Positions 1 to 10,312 of a DNA stretch of 64,000 nt are shown here, piece after piece. Origin of the DNA: Bacillota bacterium (lineage in GTDB: Bacteria > Bacillota > JAAYKD01); NCBI GenBank assembly GCA_963666425.2, contig OY762825.2:2176001-2240000 (forward strand). Reading direction: 5' to 3'. The stretch's first letter is position 1, and each line of letters starts with the position of its first letter. The position numbers were made by a program, and so were the translations under genes. The notes under the pieces were generated by a model, which saw nothing but the letters and a program-made list of their open reading frames with translations, was not told the origin of the DNA and did no database searches.

Positions 1-2199
1 TTTAGAAGAACGCGGCTTACGCTGCATCAAATTCGGTTCGGCTTTTTCCATACCGAGCGCTAGAGCGGGGAAGCAATCGGTTACCAGGTTGACCCAAAGC
101 AAGTGGGCCGGCTTCAGGATGGTGAATCCCAGCATTGTCGCGATGAAAATACTCAAGACTTCACTCAAGTTGGAGGCGAGTAGGAATTGAATCGCTTTGC
201 GGATATTATCATAAATCCGGCGTCCCTCTTCCACAGCACCGACGATGGTGGCGAAATTGTCATCGGCTAACACCATATCGGCAACATTTTTCGTGACATC
301 GGTGCCGGTGATACCCATGCCGATGCCGATATCGGCGTTTTTAATGCTGGGAGCATCGTTGACACCATCGCCGGTCATGGCTGTAATCATGCCGTTTTTA
401 CGCCAGGCATTGACGATTCTGGTCTTGTGTTCCGGCTGAACCCGCGCATAGACATGATAAGTTTCAATATTCTTTGCCAGTTCTTCGTCGCTCATTTCAT
501 TCAGTTGAGAACCGGTAATTGTTTGAGAAGCGTCACTGACCAAACCCAATTCTTTGGCAATGGCGACTGCCGTATCATGATGATCACCTGTAATCATCAC
601 GGTCTGAATCCCTGCTTCATAACAGCGTTCAATCGCGCTTTTCACTTCCGGGCGGACCGGATCGATCATACCGGTCAAGCCGATGAATGTAAGATCCTCT
701 TCCAAGGTTGTCGGTTCGTAATCGGCAGGCAGCACTGACCACAGCCGGGTTGCACAGCAAAGCACGCGCAGGGCACCGCTTGCTAAGGCTGCATTGGCGT
801 CAATGACTTGCTGACGCAGCTGATCATTCATCGGCAGATTGACCCCATCTTGGCTGTAGTAAGTGCAATGACTAAGAACAACCTCCGGAGCACCTTTGGT
901 ATATTGCACAATGCCGTCTTGAGTCTGATGCACCGTGCTCATCATCTTACGGCTGCTGTCGAAGGGAGCTTCCCCGATGCGCGGGTTGGCTGCTTTCAAT
1001 TCTGCCTGCGGTAATTGCTGCACATGAGCAAAAACCACCAAAGCCGCTTCTGTGGGTTCACCGGTAATTAACTCACCTTTTCCGTCGATTTCAGCGTCGT
1101 TACAGAGCGCCATAGCGGTGGCAATGGCTTTGATATCACTGCCAAAGGTATCAACGACTGTCATTCTATTCTGGGTCAGGGTGCCTGTTTTGTCGCTGCA
1201 AATGACTTGAGAGCAGCCAAGTGTCTCCACTGCACTCAGTTTACGGATGATTGCATTCTTCTTGGACATATTGGTGACCCCGATACTCAAGACAATGGTC
1301 ACGACGGCAACAAGACCCTCCGGAATAGCGGCTACTGCCAAACTGACAGCAATCATAAATGTTTCCAGAATCACAGATCCGCTGAAATCGCCCGATTTCA
1401 GTAAAGCGAAGACAAAGATGAAAGCACAAATACCAAGGACAGACCAGCTCAATACGCGGCTTAATTGGGAGAGCTTGATCTGTAAGGGGGTTTCGCCCTC
1501 TTCCGCGTTGGCCAGGGCGTCCGCGATTTTTCCCATTTCGGTGTCCATACCAATATTGGTGATGACAACCTTGCCACGTCCATAAACAATTTCACTGCCC
1601 ATATAGACCATATTTTTACGGTCGCCCAGCGTGATTTCTTTTGCTTCTGCTAATGCTTCAATCTGCTTGGTAACCGGAACACTTTCTCCTGTCAGCGCGG
1701 CTTCTTCCACTTTGAGGCTGGCACAAGCAAGTACGCGGCCATCGGCCGGAACCGCATCGCCGGCTTCCAGCATCACGATATCACCGACAACCAGATCTTC
1801 GCTTTTCAGTTCTGTGATTTTACCGTTGCGCAAGACCTTGCTCATGGCTGCTGACATGGCTTGCAGAGCTTCGATGGCTTTTTCGGCTTTGCTTTCCTGA
1901 TAGACACCTAAAGTAGCATTGATGATGACAACCGTAAGAATAATGAAGACGTCGGCCATACTTTCGCCGGAATAAAAAGAAGTCACCCCGGAAATCGCTG
2001 CCGCAGCCAGCAGAATCAGGATCATTGGATCGCTCATTTGTCCTAAGAATCGCTGCAGTAAGGTTTCTTTTTCGGCTTCCCGCAGCTTGTTTTTTCCTTG
2101 TTCTTCCTGCCGTTTGAGCGCTTCCTGACTGGTTAAGCCTTGTTCTGTTGCATTTACATACTGCAGAACAGAATCTTGATCAGTAGTATAAAATCTCAT
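1..2199 (-). CDS. Cation-transporting P-type ATPase (type IIA, Ca2+-like); 3' end runs off the window
   Basis: Not in the ORF track because it has no stop in the window. Minus-strand translation from ATG at 2199 (MRFYTTDQ...) gives LTGES, IPEGL, CSDKTGTLT, KGAPE, MITGD and TGDGVND motifs. Confidence 0.93.
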   Translation of the reverse strand, partial: MRFYTTDQDSVLQYVNATEQGLTSQEALKRQEEQGKNKLREAEKETLLQRFLGQMSDPMILILLAAAAISGVTSFYSGESMADVFIILTVVIINATLGVYQESKAEKAIEALQAMSAAMSKVLRNGKITELKSEDLVVGDIVMLEAGDAVPADGRVLACASLKVEEAALTGESVPVTKQIEALAEAKEITLGDRKNMVYMGSEIVYGRGKVVITNIGMDTEMGKIADALANAEEGETPLQIKLSQLSRVLSWSVLGICAFIFVFALLKSGDFSGSVILETFMIAVSLAVAAIPEGLVAVVTIVLSIGVTNMSKKNAIIRKLSAVETLGCSQVICSDKTGTLTQNRMTVVDTFGSDIKAIATAMALCNDAEIDGKGELITGEPTEAALVVFAHVQQLPQAELKAANPRIGEAPFDSSRKMMSTVHQTQDGIVQYTKGAPEVVLSHCTYYSQDGVNLPMNDQLRQQVIDANAALASGALRVLCCATRLWSVLPADYEPTTLEEDLTFIGLTGMIDPVRPEVKSAIERCYEAGIQTVMITGDHHDTAVAIAKELGLVSDASQTITGSQLNEMSDEELAKNIETYHVYARVQPEHKTRIVNAWRKNGMITAMTGDGVNDAPSIKNADIGIGMGITGTDVTKNVADMVLADDNFATIVGAVEEGRRIYDNIRKAIQFLLASNLSEVLSIFIATMLGFTILKPAHLLWVNLVTDCFPALALGMEKAEPNLMQRKPRSSK

Positions 2200-2243
2200 T
2201 GGTAGTTCCCTTCTTTCTTTCATTCGTCGGTTTTGACTGTTTC

Positions 2244-2271
2244 ATTATACTATGAGGAAGTTTTTTGTCAA
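2244..2271 (-). promoter_or_regulatory. SigA-type promoter of the P-type ATPase gene
   Basis: TTGACA-16 nt-TATAAT on the minus strand, about 45 nt upstream of the ATG. Confidence 0.7.
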
Positions 2272-2855
2272 GACTAAGCAACGAGCATATGTTGTAATAG
2301 AACTGATCATAGGTAGCTACTGTGACTATCAACTGATGATAACTATTCAATTTCTGAAAAGAATGCTGTTAAGCATATATACCTAAGTTACTAAACACAT
2401 ATAGTGTCTACTATAAACAAGAAAAAACAAAGTCGGAACTGAAAATAGAGTCATAAAACCTGTTAAAAGAGTGGAAAAAAGTGCAAAATGTGATCTTTGT
2501 GAGTATTGCGATGTCATATTCTGCTCGTAGCACCGCAAATAGAAAAATACCAAATAAAAGTAAGCAATTCGTTTGATAAAGACTGTATATACTTGTGAAA
2601 AGCAGACCGGAGCCGATTTTGCATACATAATTCAGGCAAAGTTAAAGAAGCAGAAAGCGAGAATTTTTTACTGCTCCAAAGCGGGGAGTACTCCGGCGCT
2701 GCGGATTTTTTACAGAAAGTTGAGATAAAAAGTGACGATATTATTTAAAAAAGGACAAGTGCCTATGACTGTAGAATATTAACCTGGAATGATTGTACGG
2801 ATTAAAAGCTGGAAATGAATTTCTATACGAAACAGCAGACAAAAGAGGTGAAAGA

Positions 2856-4814
2856 ATGGATTTTATCTACGAATATGAATTGTGCGCATTGATTTTTCTT
2901 TGCCTCGTTGCGCTTCGCTTTTTCACCCGGCGTTACTTTTCTGTGATGCAGTATAGAGTGTTTGCTGTTATTATAGTAGCAGCAATGATTGTCCTTTTAC
3001 TCGACAGCATCACATGCTATACCATTCAGTACAGCAGTGTCATTCCCAATTGGTTGAATTATCTGCTCTGCCTGCCGATGTTTTTCTCTCTTATCCTACT
3101 GCCTGCCATGTTTTATCTCTATGTGATGATTTTAACGCGCCAGATTAGCTTTGGTCATTATAAATTTATGCTCGTGCGGATGTTCCCCTTTGTTTTAGAG
3201 GAATTATTCCTGCTTTCAACCCCGTGGACTCACCTGATTTTTAGTTTTAACGCGCAGCATACCTATCTGCATGGTGTAGGTTATCGCTTTTTATATTTTT
3301 GTGCCTTCCTCTATATCTTCTTTGCAGCGATCACTGCGGTTTATGATCGGGCGGCAATGAAAAAGGAGCAATTTCATACGATTTTAGTGGTGGTGGTTTT
3401 ATTGACTGCCGGAATCGGTCTGCAATATCTGTTCCCGCGCTTATTGGTCGCAGGTGTTGCCATGGCTTTATCGATACTGATGATGTATCAGACGATGCAG
3501 AACCCCGATGATCTCCTGGATACCATGACTGGGTTGTTGGATCGGCAAGGCTTTTTACTGATTTTACAGGACCGCATCGATGCAGGAAGCAAATTTCAGC
3601 TGATTATCATTTCTTTGGATGAAATGAAAATAACCAACAATTTGGTTGGGCTGAAGAATGGGGATCGCTTACTGCAGGAAATCGCTGGGTTTTTAAAAGC
3701 GTTTTCCGCTAAGCAGCAGGTCTTTCGTATTGATGGCGACGTATTTGCTTTTATAACCGAAAAAGAAGAAGACTGTTTACAGATCGTCGGAGTGATCGCG
3801 CAGCGTTTCACAAATCTATGGCCGATTGGCAATTTAGAACTGAAGCAGGCAGCGACTGTCTGCTATGCTTTGCAGCCGCACGGTGAGAGCACGGCTCAGA
3901 TTTTACAAACACTGGAGTTTGCCTTGCAGCAAACCAAGAGAGCAGGGAAAAATAAGGTATTTGCCATTACTGATGCGATGTCAGCCGATATCCAACGGCA
4001 ATTGGCGATTGAAAGTGCTTTACGCAGAGCGATCGAATTGGATACACTGGAGGTTTTCTACCAACCGATCTACTCCCTGCAGCAGCAGCGTTTTGTTTCG
4101 GCAGAAGCGTTGGTACGGTTATTCGATCCGGTTTTAGGATCGATTGCACCGGATGAATTCATTCCTATCGCAGAAAAGAACGGTCTCGTGGTGCGGATTG
4201 ATGAGATGATTTTAAAGAAAGTCTGCAGTTTCATTGCCAGGTATCAGCCTGACTGCCTGGGCTTGGATGGTGTGGAATTGAATATGTCCATTGTGGATTT
4301 CATGCAGCAGAACTTGGTTTCAAAAGTCAGTAAGATTATTGCGGAATACCGGATCAATCCGGCGCTGCTGCATTTTGAAGTCACCGAATCAATTGCCAGT
4401 GCTTCGGAAACGATGATTGCGGAGCGGATGGGAGAAATGGTTGAATTGGGCGTGAAATTTTCTTTGGATGATTATGGTACCGGTTATGCCAACTTAGCTC
4501 GTTTGATGCATTTACCTTTTTCTACGGTGAAATTGGATAAATCGTTGCTCTGGGATGCTTTTACCAATGAAAAAAATCAGATTATTCTTACAGTTACAGT
4601 CGATATGATTCAGAGTTTAGGCTATGACTTGATCGTAGAAGGAGTAGAAAATTCAGAACACTTAATAAAATTGCAGTGTATTGGTGCTGACAAAGTGCAG
4701 GGTTTCTTCTTTTCCAAGCCTGTGACAGAAAAAGAGCTGGTTTCTTTTCTTGCGAATGATCAATATAATCAAGTAAAGATCAAAGAGCTGCAGGACTTGA
4801 ACGTATCGAAATAA
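2856..4814 (+). CDS. Membrane-anchored degenerate-GGDEF/EAL protein, probable c-di-GMP phosphodiesterase
   Basis: About 7 N-terminal hydrophobic helices; DTMTGL..R and RIDGDVF (degenerate GGDEF); YQP, EALVR, DDYGTGY, KLDKS, EGVE and QGFFF EAL motifs. Start moved to ATG 2856 after the AGAGGTG RBS. Confidence 0.88.
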   Translation: MDFIYEYELCALIFLCLVALRFFTRRYFSVMQYRVFAVIIVAAMIVLLLDSITCYTIQYSSVIPNWLNYLLCLPMFFSLILLPAMFYLYVMILTRQISFGHYKFMLVRMFPFVLEELFLLSTPWTHLIFSFNAQHTYLHGVGYRFLYFCAFLYIFFAAITAVYDRAAMKKEQFHTILVVVVLLTAGIGLQYLFPRLLVAGVAMALSILMMYQTMQNPDDLLDTMTGLLDRQGFLLILQDRIDAGSKFQLIIISLDEMKITNNLVGLKNGDRLLQEIAGFLKAFSAKQQVFRIDGDVFAFITEKEEDCLQIVGVIAQRFTNLWPIGNLELKQAATVCYALQPHGESTAQILQTLEFALQQTKRAGKNKVFAITDAMSADIQRQLAIESALRRAIELDTLEVFYQPIYSLQQQRFVSAEALVRLFDPVLGSIAPDEFIPIAEKNGLVVRIDEMILKKVCSFIARYQPDCLGLDGVELNMSIVDFMQQNLVSKVSKIIAEYRINPALLHFEVTESIASASETMIAERMGEMVELGVKFSLDDYGTGYANLARLMHLPFSTVKLDKSLLWDAFTNEKNQIILTVTVDMIQSLGYDLIVEGVENSEHLIKLQCIGADKVQGFFFSKPVTEKELVSFLANDQYNQVKIKELQDLNVSK

Positions 4815-4902
4815 GTATAAATATGTTTATGTATGCTGACATTTATCTACTAAATATACAATGCGATTCTGTTTCATTGTGCGGTACTGTCAAAATATGT
4901 CG

Positions 4903-4917
4903 ATGAATAATTATAAA
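4903..4917 (+). promoter_or_regulatory. Possible ARG box (ArgR/AhrC site) upstream of arcA
   Basis: ATGAATAATTATAAA resembles TGAATWWWWATKCA; AT-rich context makes the match weak. Confidence 0.3.
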
Positions 4918-5127
4918 TTTGAAATTAATTTGCTATCGAGAAAGGATTATACATCCACATACTAGAATATACTTTCGCTTACAGAAACCAGAGGGGAATG
5001 TTACCCTGTTTTACCAAAAGAATCAGAGCCGATTATCGGTAAAACGGGCTTCGGTATCATATCACGTACAAGATATGATTATATGGCGACCAAGAGCGAA
5101 CAACACAAAAATAAAGGAGAAGTCGCA

Positions 5128-6342
5128 ATGAGGAAATTTGTACAACTCTATTCGGAAATCGGCAAGTTAAATACAGTGATTCTGCATCGTCCCGGCACGG
5201 AGCTGGAACAGTTGATTCCACCGTATTTAGAATATATGCTCTCCGAGGATACGCCCCATGTCCGCATCGCTGCTGCCGAGCACGATGCTTTTGCTCAGTT
5301 ACTGCTGAACAAGGGCACCAATGTACTCTATTTGTCGAATTTGTTCCGCGAGGTGATTGAAAACCAAGTCATTCGCGAAGCCTTCATCGAGGATTACCTG
5401 CAGGTCAGCAGGGTAGCCTCGGAAGGTTTAAAGAAAGTGATTCGAGAGTACCTGCAGATAAAAACACCCGCACAGTTTGTGGAAACCATTCTGCGCGGTG
5501 TGATGAAACGGGACCTAAACGGGATCCGGGCGCAAGGGCTGCCCATGGTTGTGCAGGAGGATTATCCGTTCTACACCGATCCGCTTTGCGGGATTTATTT
5601 CACCCGCGATATTGGGGTCTGTATCGGCCATGGTATGATTGTGAGCAGCATGAGTATGCCATTCCGCCAAAGAGAGACACTGCTGGTGCGCTACATCTGG
5701 AAGTATCATCCCCTGTTTCGGCGGGATGATACGCCCCTTTGGTATGATTACAATTTGGGGTATGGGATTGAAGGCGGCGATGTGCATGTCTTATCCGATA
5801 AAGTTTTGGCGATCGGATATAGTGAACGTACCTCTTTGGGTGCCATCGAAGCCGTGGCCGGTAATGTTTTGAAATCCGGTTATGAGAAAATTTTGCTGTT
5901 CAATTTGCCCAAATCGCGCCGCTATATGCATTTGGATGTGCTCTTTACCATGGTTGACTATAATAAATTCCTGGTTACACCGCCGATGGCAGAAGGTCAA
6001 TTCGACGTTTACGAAATAACCATGGACCGGCAGGGTGAACTGCGGACCACGAGATGCACCGGTTCTGTCAAAGAAACGCTGCAGTATGCACTGAAACTGG
6101 ATGAAGTGATTTTTATTCCGGTTGGCGCCGGTGATGTGATTTACGCACCGAGAGAGCATTGGAATATGGGTTCCAATGTTTTGACCATTGCGCCGGGAGA
6201 AGTGATTGCTTACGACCGCAATGAGGTGACCAATGAGCAGCTGGATAAAAACGGTGTGCTGGTGCATACCTTCTCCGGATCGGAATTGTCCAGAGGCCGT
6301 GGCGGTCCGCGCTGTATGAGTATGCCAATCAACCGTAATTGA
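5128..6342 (+). CDS. arcA: Arginine deiminase family protein
   Basis: SEIGKL..V.LHRPG, FTRD, EGGD, MHLD, GSELSRGRGGPRCMSMP; ATG 5128 follows AAGGAG. Confidence 0.88.
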   Translation: MRKFVQLYSEIGKLNTVILHRPGTELEQLIPPYLEYMLSEDTPHVRIAAAEHDAFAQLLLNKGTNVLYLSNLFREVIENQVIREAFIEDYLQVSRVASEGLKKVIREYLQIKTPAQFVETILRGVMKRDLNGIRAQGLPMVVQEDYPFYTDPLCGIYFTRDIGVCIGHGMIVSSMSMPFRQRETLLVRYIWKYHPLFRRDDTPLWYDYNLGYGIEGGDVHVLSDKVLAIGYSERTSLGAIEAVAGNVLKSGYEKILLFNLPKSRRYMHLDVLFTMVDYNKFLVTPPMAEGQFDVYEITMDRQGELRTTRCTGSVKETLQYALKLDEVIFIPVGAGDVIYAPREHWNMGSNVLTIAPGEVIAYDRNEVTNEQLDKNGVLVHTFSGSELSRGRGGPRCMSMPINRN

Positions 6343-6405
6343 TCATTAATGAGCAAATTGCGCGGGAAGAAGAAAAAACCATTGCCTGCAATTGTTATAA
6401 TTTTC

Positions 6406-6434
6406 TTGACAAGCAGAAGCGGCAATGATATATT
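6406..6434 (+). promoter_or_regulatory. SigA promoter of the thrS leader
   Basis: TTGACA-17-TATATT with a TG extension. Confidence 0.7.
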
Positions 6435-6439
6435 ACAGA

Positions 6440-6730
6440 AAGAGCGATGCAGAAGAAACGACTTATCATACTGACGATCAGAGAGGGCATGTCACCGGCT
6501 GAAAGCAAGCCTGCGTTCCAATGATAAGGATAACCACTTCCAAGCTGCTGTTCCAAAGGAATGAGGATGTCTCCTTCCGAGTAGTTTCAGCCGTAGGTTC
6601 AGCGTTAAGAACAACGAAGGGATGGATTGAAGACAATGATTTGTTTCAATTCATAATCCGGGTGGAACCGTGCGAAGTAGCACCCCGGACAGAACTGTAG
6701 AACCAGTTCTGTCCGGGGTGTTTTTATTTT
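6440..6730 (+). promoter_or_regulatory. T-box riboswitch (Thr)
   Basis: Stem I features (GCGATG, AGAGAG, GGCTGAAA), probable ACC specifier (GATAACC), AGTA box, T-box AATCCGGGTGGAACCGTG, then terminator CACCCCGGACAGAACTG/CAGTTCTGTCCGGGGTG-T tract at 6681-6730, upstream of thrS. Confidence 0.92.
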
Positions 6731-6796
6731 CGATCGCTTCTGGCGGGTGCTCCGCCATCCAGTAATGCGAAGAGGAAAGAAAGAGGTGTTTTAGGA

Positions 6797-8701
6797 ATGA
6801 TCGGGATTCAATTGAAAAATGGCAGCAGATTGGAATTGGAAGAAGGCGCAAATTGCCTGCAGGCAGCCAAAAAGATGAGCAACAGCCTGGCGAAAGAGGT
6901 TTTGGCAGCCGAGGTCAATGGCTGTGCGGTGGATCTCAGCACAGAGCTGAAGGACGGCGACCGACTGAATTTACTGACATTTAATGATGAAGAAGGAAAA
7001 CATGTCATGCGTCACAGCGGCGCTCATTTACTGGCACATGCCGTGAAGCGGCTTTATCCGGCGGCAAAACCAACCATCGGTCCGGCGGTAGAAAATGGCT
7101 TCTATTACGACTTTGATATGGATACCACCATTTCCAGCAACGAACTGGCGAAGATTGAAGCGGAAATGCTGAAGATTGTCAAAGAGAATTTGCCGATTCA
7201 GCGCTTTGCTTTGCCCCGGAATGAGGCAATCGCCCTGATGCAGAAGAGAGAGGAACCTTATAAGGTAGAGTTGATCGAGAATCTGCCGGAAGGAGAAGAG
7301 ATCTCGTTTTATCAGCAGGGGGAATATGTTGACCTTTGTGTCGGACCGCATGTGCTGAGTACCGGTGCCTTGAAAGCGTTTAAGCTGACCGCCGTTACAG
7401 GTGCTTACTGGCATGGTGATGCCAATAATAAGATGCTGCAGCGGATTTACGGTGTCGTTTATCCAAAAAAAACGGATTTAGATGCTTATCTGACCATGCT
7501 GGAGGAAGCGAAAAAGCGTGATCATCGTAAACTTGGCAGAGAGCTGGATTTGTTCCTGCTGGCGGACGAAGGGCCTGGTTTTCCGTTCTTTTTGCCCAAA
7601 GGGATGATTTTACGCAATTTGCTGATCGATTTCTGGCGTGAAGTCCATCATAAAGCCGGCTATCAAGAAATCAGCACGCCGATTATTTTAAATGAATCCC
7701 TCTGGCATCAATCCGGGCATTGGGATCATTATAAAGAAAATATGTATTTTACCACCATTGATGAGCAGGCGTATGCGATTAAGCCGATGAACTGTCCCGG
7801 TGGAATTTTGGCTTTTAAACGTAAAGCTTATTCTTATCGTGATTTGCCGCAGCGGTTGGGTGAATTGGGTATCGTCCATCGTCACGAATTATCCGGAGCC
7901 TTACACGGTTTGATGCGCGTGCGCTGTTTCACGCAGGATGATGCGCACATCTTTATGACACCGGATCAAATCGAGAGCGAAATCATCAGCACCATCCGTT
8001 TGATCGATTCCATTTATCGCGTCTTTGGTTTTGAATATCATATGGAACTATCCACGCGCCCAGAGAATTCGATGGGCAGCGACGAGCAATGGGAAGCGGC
8101 GACCAATGGCTTGCGCAATGCTTTGGAGATTAATGGTCAACCTTATAAACTGAATGAGGGTGACGGTGCCTTCTACGGTCCGAAAATTGATTTCCATCTG
8201 AAAGATTGCCTGGGGCGGACCTGGCAGTGCGGCACGATTCAGCTTGATATGCAAATGCCGGAACTCTTTGATATCTCCTATATCGCGCCGGATGGCGAGA
8301 AACACCGCCCGGTCATGATCCATCGCACGGCACTTGGCAGTATCGAGCGGTTCCTCGGTATCCTGATCGAACATTATGCCGGTGCATTTCCAACCTGGCT
8401 GGCGCCGGTGCAGGCGATTATCATGCAGATCACGGATAAAAATCTTGCTTATGCGAAAGAAATTTATCAGCAATTGGACAAGGCAGGTTACCGCGTAGAA
8501 TTGGATGCCCGCAATGAAAAAGTAGGCTATAAGATTCGGGAAGCACAGATGCAGAAAATTCCTTATATGCTGATCTTAGGTGATAAGGAAATGGAAGACG
8601 GCAGCGTCTCGGTCCGCTTGCGCAAGACAGGGGAAACAAAAGTGATGACCTTGCTTGAATTTATTGCCATGGTCAACGCTGAAGTTGCAGCACGGATTTA
8701 A
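6797..8701 (+). CDS. thrS: Threonine--tRNA ligase
   Basis: TGS domain, HSGAH editing motif, RDHRKLG, KPMNCP, FYGPKID, IHR..LGSIERF. Confidence 0.98.
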   Translation: MIGIQLKNGSRLELEEGANCLQAAKKMSNSLAKEVLAAEVNGCAVDLSTELKDGDRLNLLTFNDEEGKHVMRHSGAHLLAHAVKRLYPAAKPTIGPAVENGFYYDFDMDTTISSNELAKIEAEMLKIVKENLPIQRFALPRNEAIALMQKREEPYKVELIENLPEGEEISFYQQGEYVDLCVGPHVLSTGALKAFKLTAVTGAYWHGDANNKMLQRIYGVVYPKKTDLDAYLTMLEEAKKRDHRKLGRELDLFLLADEGPGFPFFLPKGMILRNLLIDFWREVHHKAGYQEISTPIILNESLWHQSGHWDHYKENMYFTTIDEQAYAIKPMNCPGGILAFKRKAYSYRDLPQRLGELGIVHRHELSGALHGLMRVRCFTQDDAHIFMTPDQIESEIISTIRLIDSIYRVFGFEYHMELSTRPENSMGSDEQWEAATNGLRNALEINGQPYKLNEGDGAFYGPKIDFHLKDCLGRTWQCGTIQLDMQMPELFDISYIAPDGEKHRPVMIHRTALGSIERFLGILIEHYAGAFPTWLAPVQAIIMQITDKNLAYAKEIYQQLDKAGYRVELDARNEKVGYKIREAQMQKIPYMLILGDKEMEDGSVSVRLRKTGETKVMTLLEFIAMVNAEVAARI

Positions 8702-8776
8702 TCACTGCGAACGCAGAACAAAGCAAGCCGTTTTCTTCAGGCGCAACGTTTTTTTGCTTTGCCTTCCGTGCTGCTA

Positions 8777-8805
8777 TTGCTAAATTGAGTGCTATGGTGT
8801 AAAAT
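8777..8805 (+). promoter_or_regulatory. Probable promoter of tuf copy 1
   Basis: TTGCTA-17-TAAAAT. Confidence 0.5.
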
Positions 8806-8876
8806 AAGTGTTGTGTATCCAAAGTGATGGCAGAATCATTGCGAGGGACACGAATTATAGTTGGGAGGCGATTTCC

Positions 8877-10082
8877 TTGGCCAAAAAGAAATATGAACGT
8901 ACCAAGACCCATGTAAATATCGGAACGATTGGTCACATTGATCATGGCAAAACAACATTGACCGCAGCCATAACCAAAGTGCTTTCCACCGTTGGTGGTG
9001 CAGCAGTCATGAATTATGCAGATATTGACAAAGCCCCGGAAGAAAAAGCCCGTGGCATCACAATTAACACAGCCCATGTCGAATATGAAACCGCGCATCG
9101 TCACTATGCCCATGTGGACTGCCCGGGACATGCCGACTATGTCAAGAACATGATTACCGGTGCCGCTCAGATGGACGGCGCGATCCTGGTTGTTTCCGCT
9201 GCCGACGGCCCAATGCCGCAAACCAGAGAACATATCCTGCTGGCCTATCAGGTTGGCGTACCTTACATGATCGTCTTCCTGAATAAGGCAGATATGGTAG
9301 ACGACGCGGAATTAATCGAATTGGTCGAAATGGAAGTCCGCGAGTTGCTGACCAGCTACAAATTCCCGGGCGACGAAGTGCCGGTCATCGTAGGATCCGC
9401 TTTAAAAGCCGGCGAATGCGGCTGCGGTAAACGCGACTGCCAATGGTGCGGCGCCATCTGGAAATTGATGGATGCGGTAGATTCTTACATCCCGGATCCG
9501 GTCCGCGCGACCGATAAACCGTTCCTGTTGCCGGTAGAAGACGTCTTTACGATCACCGGACGCGGCACTGTCGCGACAGGCAGAGTAGAACGCGGCATGG
9601 TTAAGATCTCAGACGAAGTAGAAATCGTCGGTTTGGCAGAAAAACCGCGTAAAGTGGTTGTCACCGGCGTAGAAATGTTCCGTAAGCTGTTGGATTCCGC
9701 GATTGCGGGAGACAACGTGGGTGTGCTGCTGCGCGGCGTTGACCGCAAAGATATCGAACGCGGCCAAGTTTTAGCAAAACCGGGTTCGATCAAACCGCAT
9801 ACCTCCTTCAAAGCGAATGTCTATGTTCTGAGCAAAGAAGAAGGCGGCCGTCATACACCGTTCTTCAACGGCTATCGTCCGCAGTTCTATTTCCGGACCA
9901 CCGACGTGACGGGCAATATTGCCTTACCGGAGGGTGTGGAAATGGTAATGCCGGGTGATAACGTGGTAATGGGCGTGGAATTGATCACACCGATTGCTAT
10001 CGAAAAAGAACTGCGTTTCGCAATCCGCGAAGGCGGCCGTACCGTTGGCGCCGGTGTCGTCACCGAAATCAACGAGGTTTAA
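8877..10082 (+). CDS. tuf: Elongation factor Tu (copy 1)
   Basis: [31 protein letters not shown]; TTG start at 8877 after GGGAGG. Confidence 0.99.
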   Translation: MAKKKYERTKTHVNIGTIGHIDHGKTTLTAAITKVLSTVGGAAVMNYADIDKAPEEKARGITINTAHVEYETAHRHYAHVDCPGHADYVKNMITGAAQMDGAILVVSAADGPMPQTREHILLAYQVGVPYMIVFLNKADMVDDAELIELVEMEVRELLTSYKFPGDEVPVIVGSALKAGECGCGKRDCQWCGAIWKLMDAVDSYIPDPVRATDKPFLLPVEDVFTITGRGTVATGRVERGMVKISDEVEIVGLAEKPRKVVVTGVEMFRKLLDSAIAGDNVGVLLRGVDRKDIERGQVLAKPGSIKPHTSFKANVYVLSKEEGGRHTPFFNGYRPQFYFRTTDVTGNIALPEGVEMVMPGDNVVMGVELITPIAIEKELRFAIREGGRTVGAGVVTEINEV

Positions 10083-10109
10083 GAGGAACGCTCATTCTGG
10101 GAAATCCTA

Positions 10110-10160
10110 AAAAGGCAGACATGCCGCTGAGGAAGCAAAGCGTGTCTGCCTTCTCTTATT
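10110..10160 (+). terminator. Probable terminator after tuf
   Basis: AAGGCAGACATG...CGTGTCTGCCTT stem followed by T-rich sequence. Confidence 0.55.
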
Positions 10161-10282
10161 CGGAAAGCTGGGAAAGTCTAAAAAGGGAAAAGGCTTATTG
10201 ACAGGCCTTTAGTTTGAAAATACCTAAGCCATTTTCATCTTCAAACGTTGAAAAGCGACGTTAAGTTTATTTATAAAATTCA

Positions 10283-10312
10283 TTGACAGGTGGCCTCGGT
10301 TTGTGTTATTCT
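10283..10312 (+). promoter_or_regulatory. Probable promoter of rpmG-secE-nusG
   Basis: TTGACA-18-TATTCT with a TG extension. Confidence 0.55.

Noticed and set aside
245-1900. Plus-strand ORFs of 64-112 aa
   Set aside because: Antisense shadows of the minus-strand P-type ATPase
2625-2710. Possible c-di-GMP-I riboswitch upstream of the EAL gene (GGCAAA...GAAA...GCGGGG)
   Set aside because: The P2 stem with GNRA loop and the GACGCAAAGC core cannot be formed; an Rfam scan would settle it
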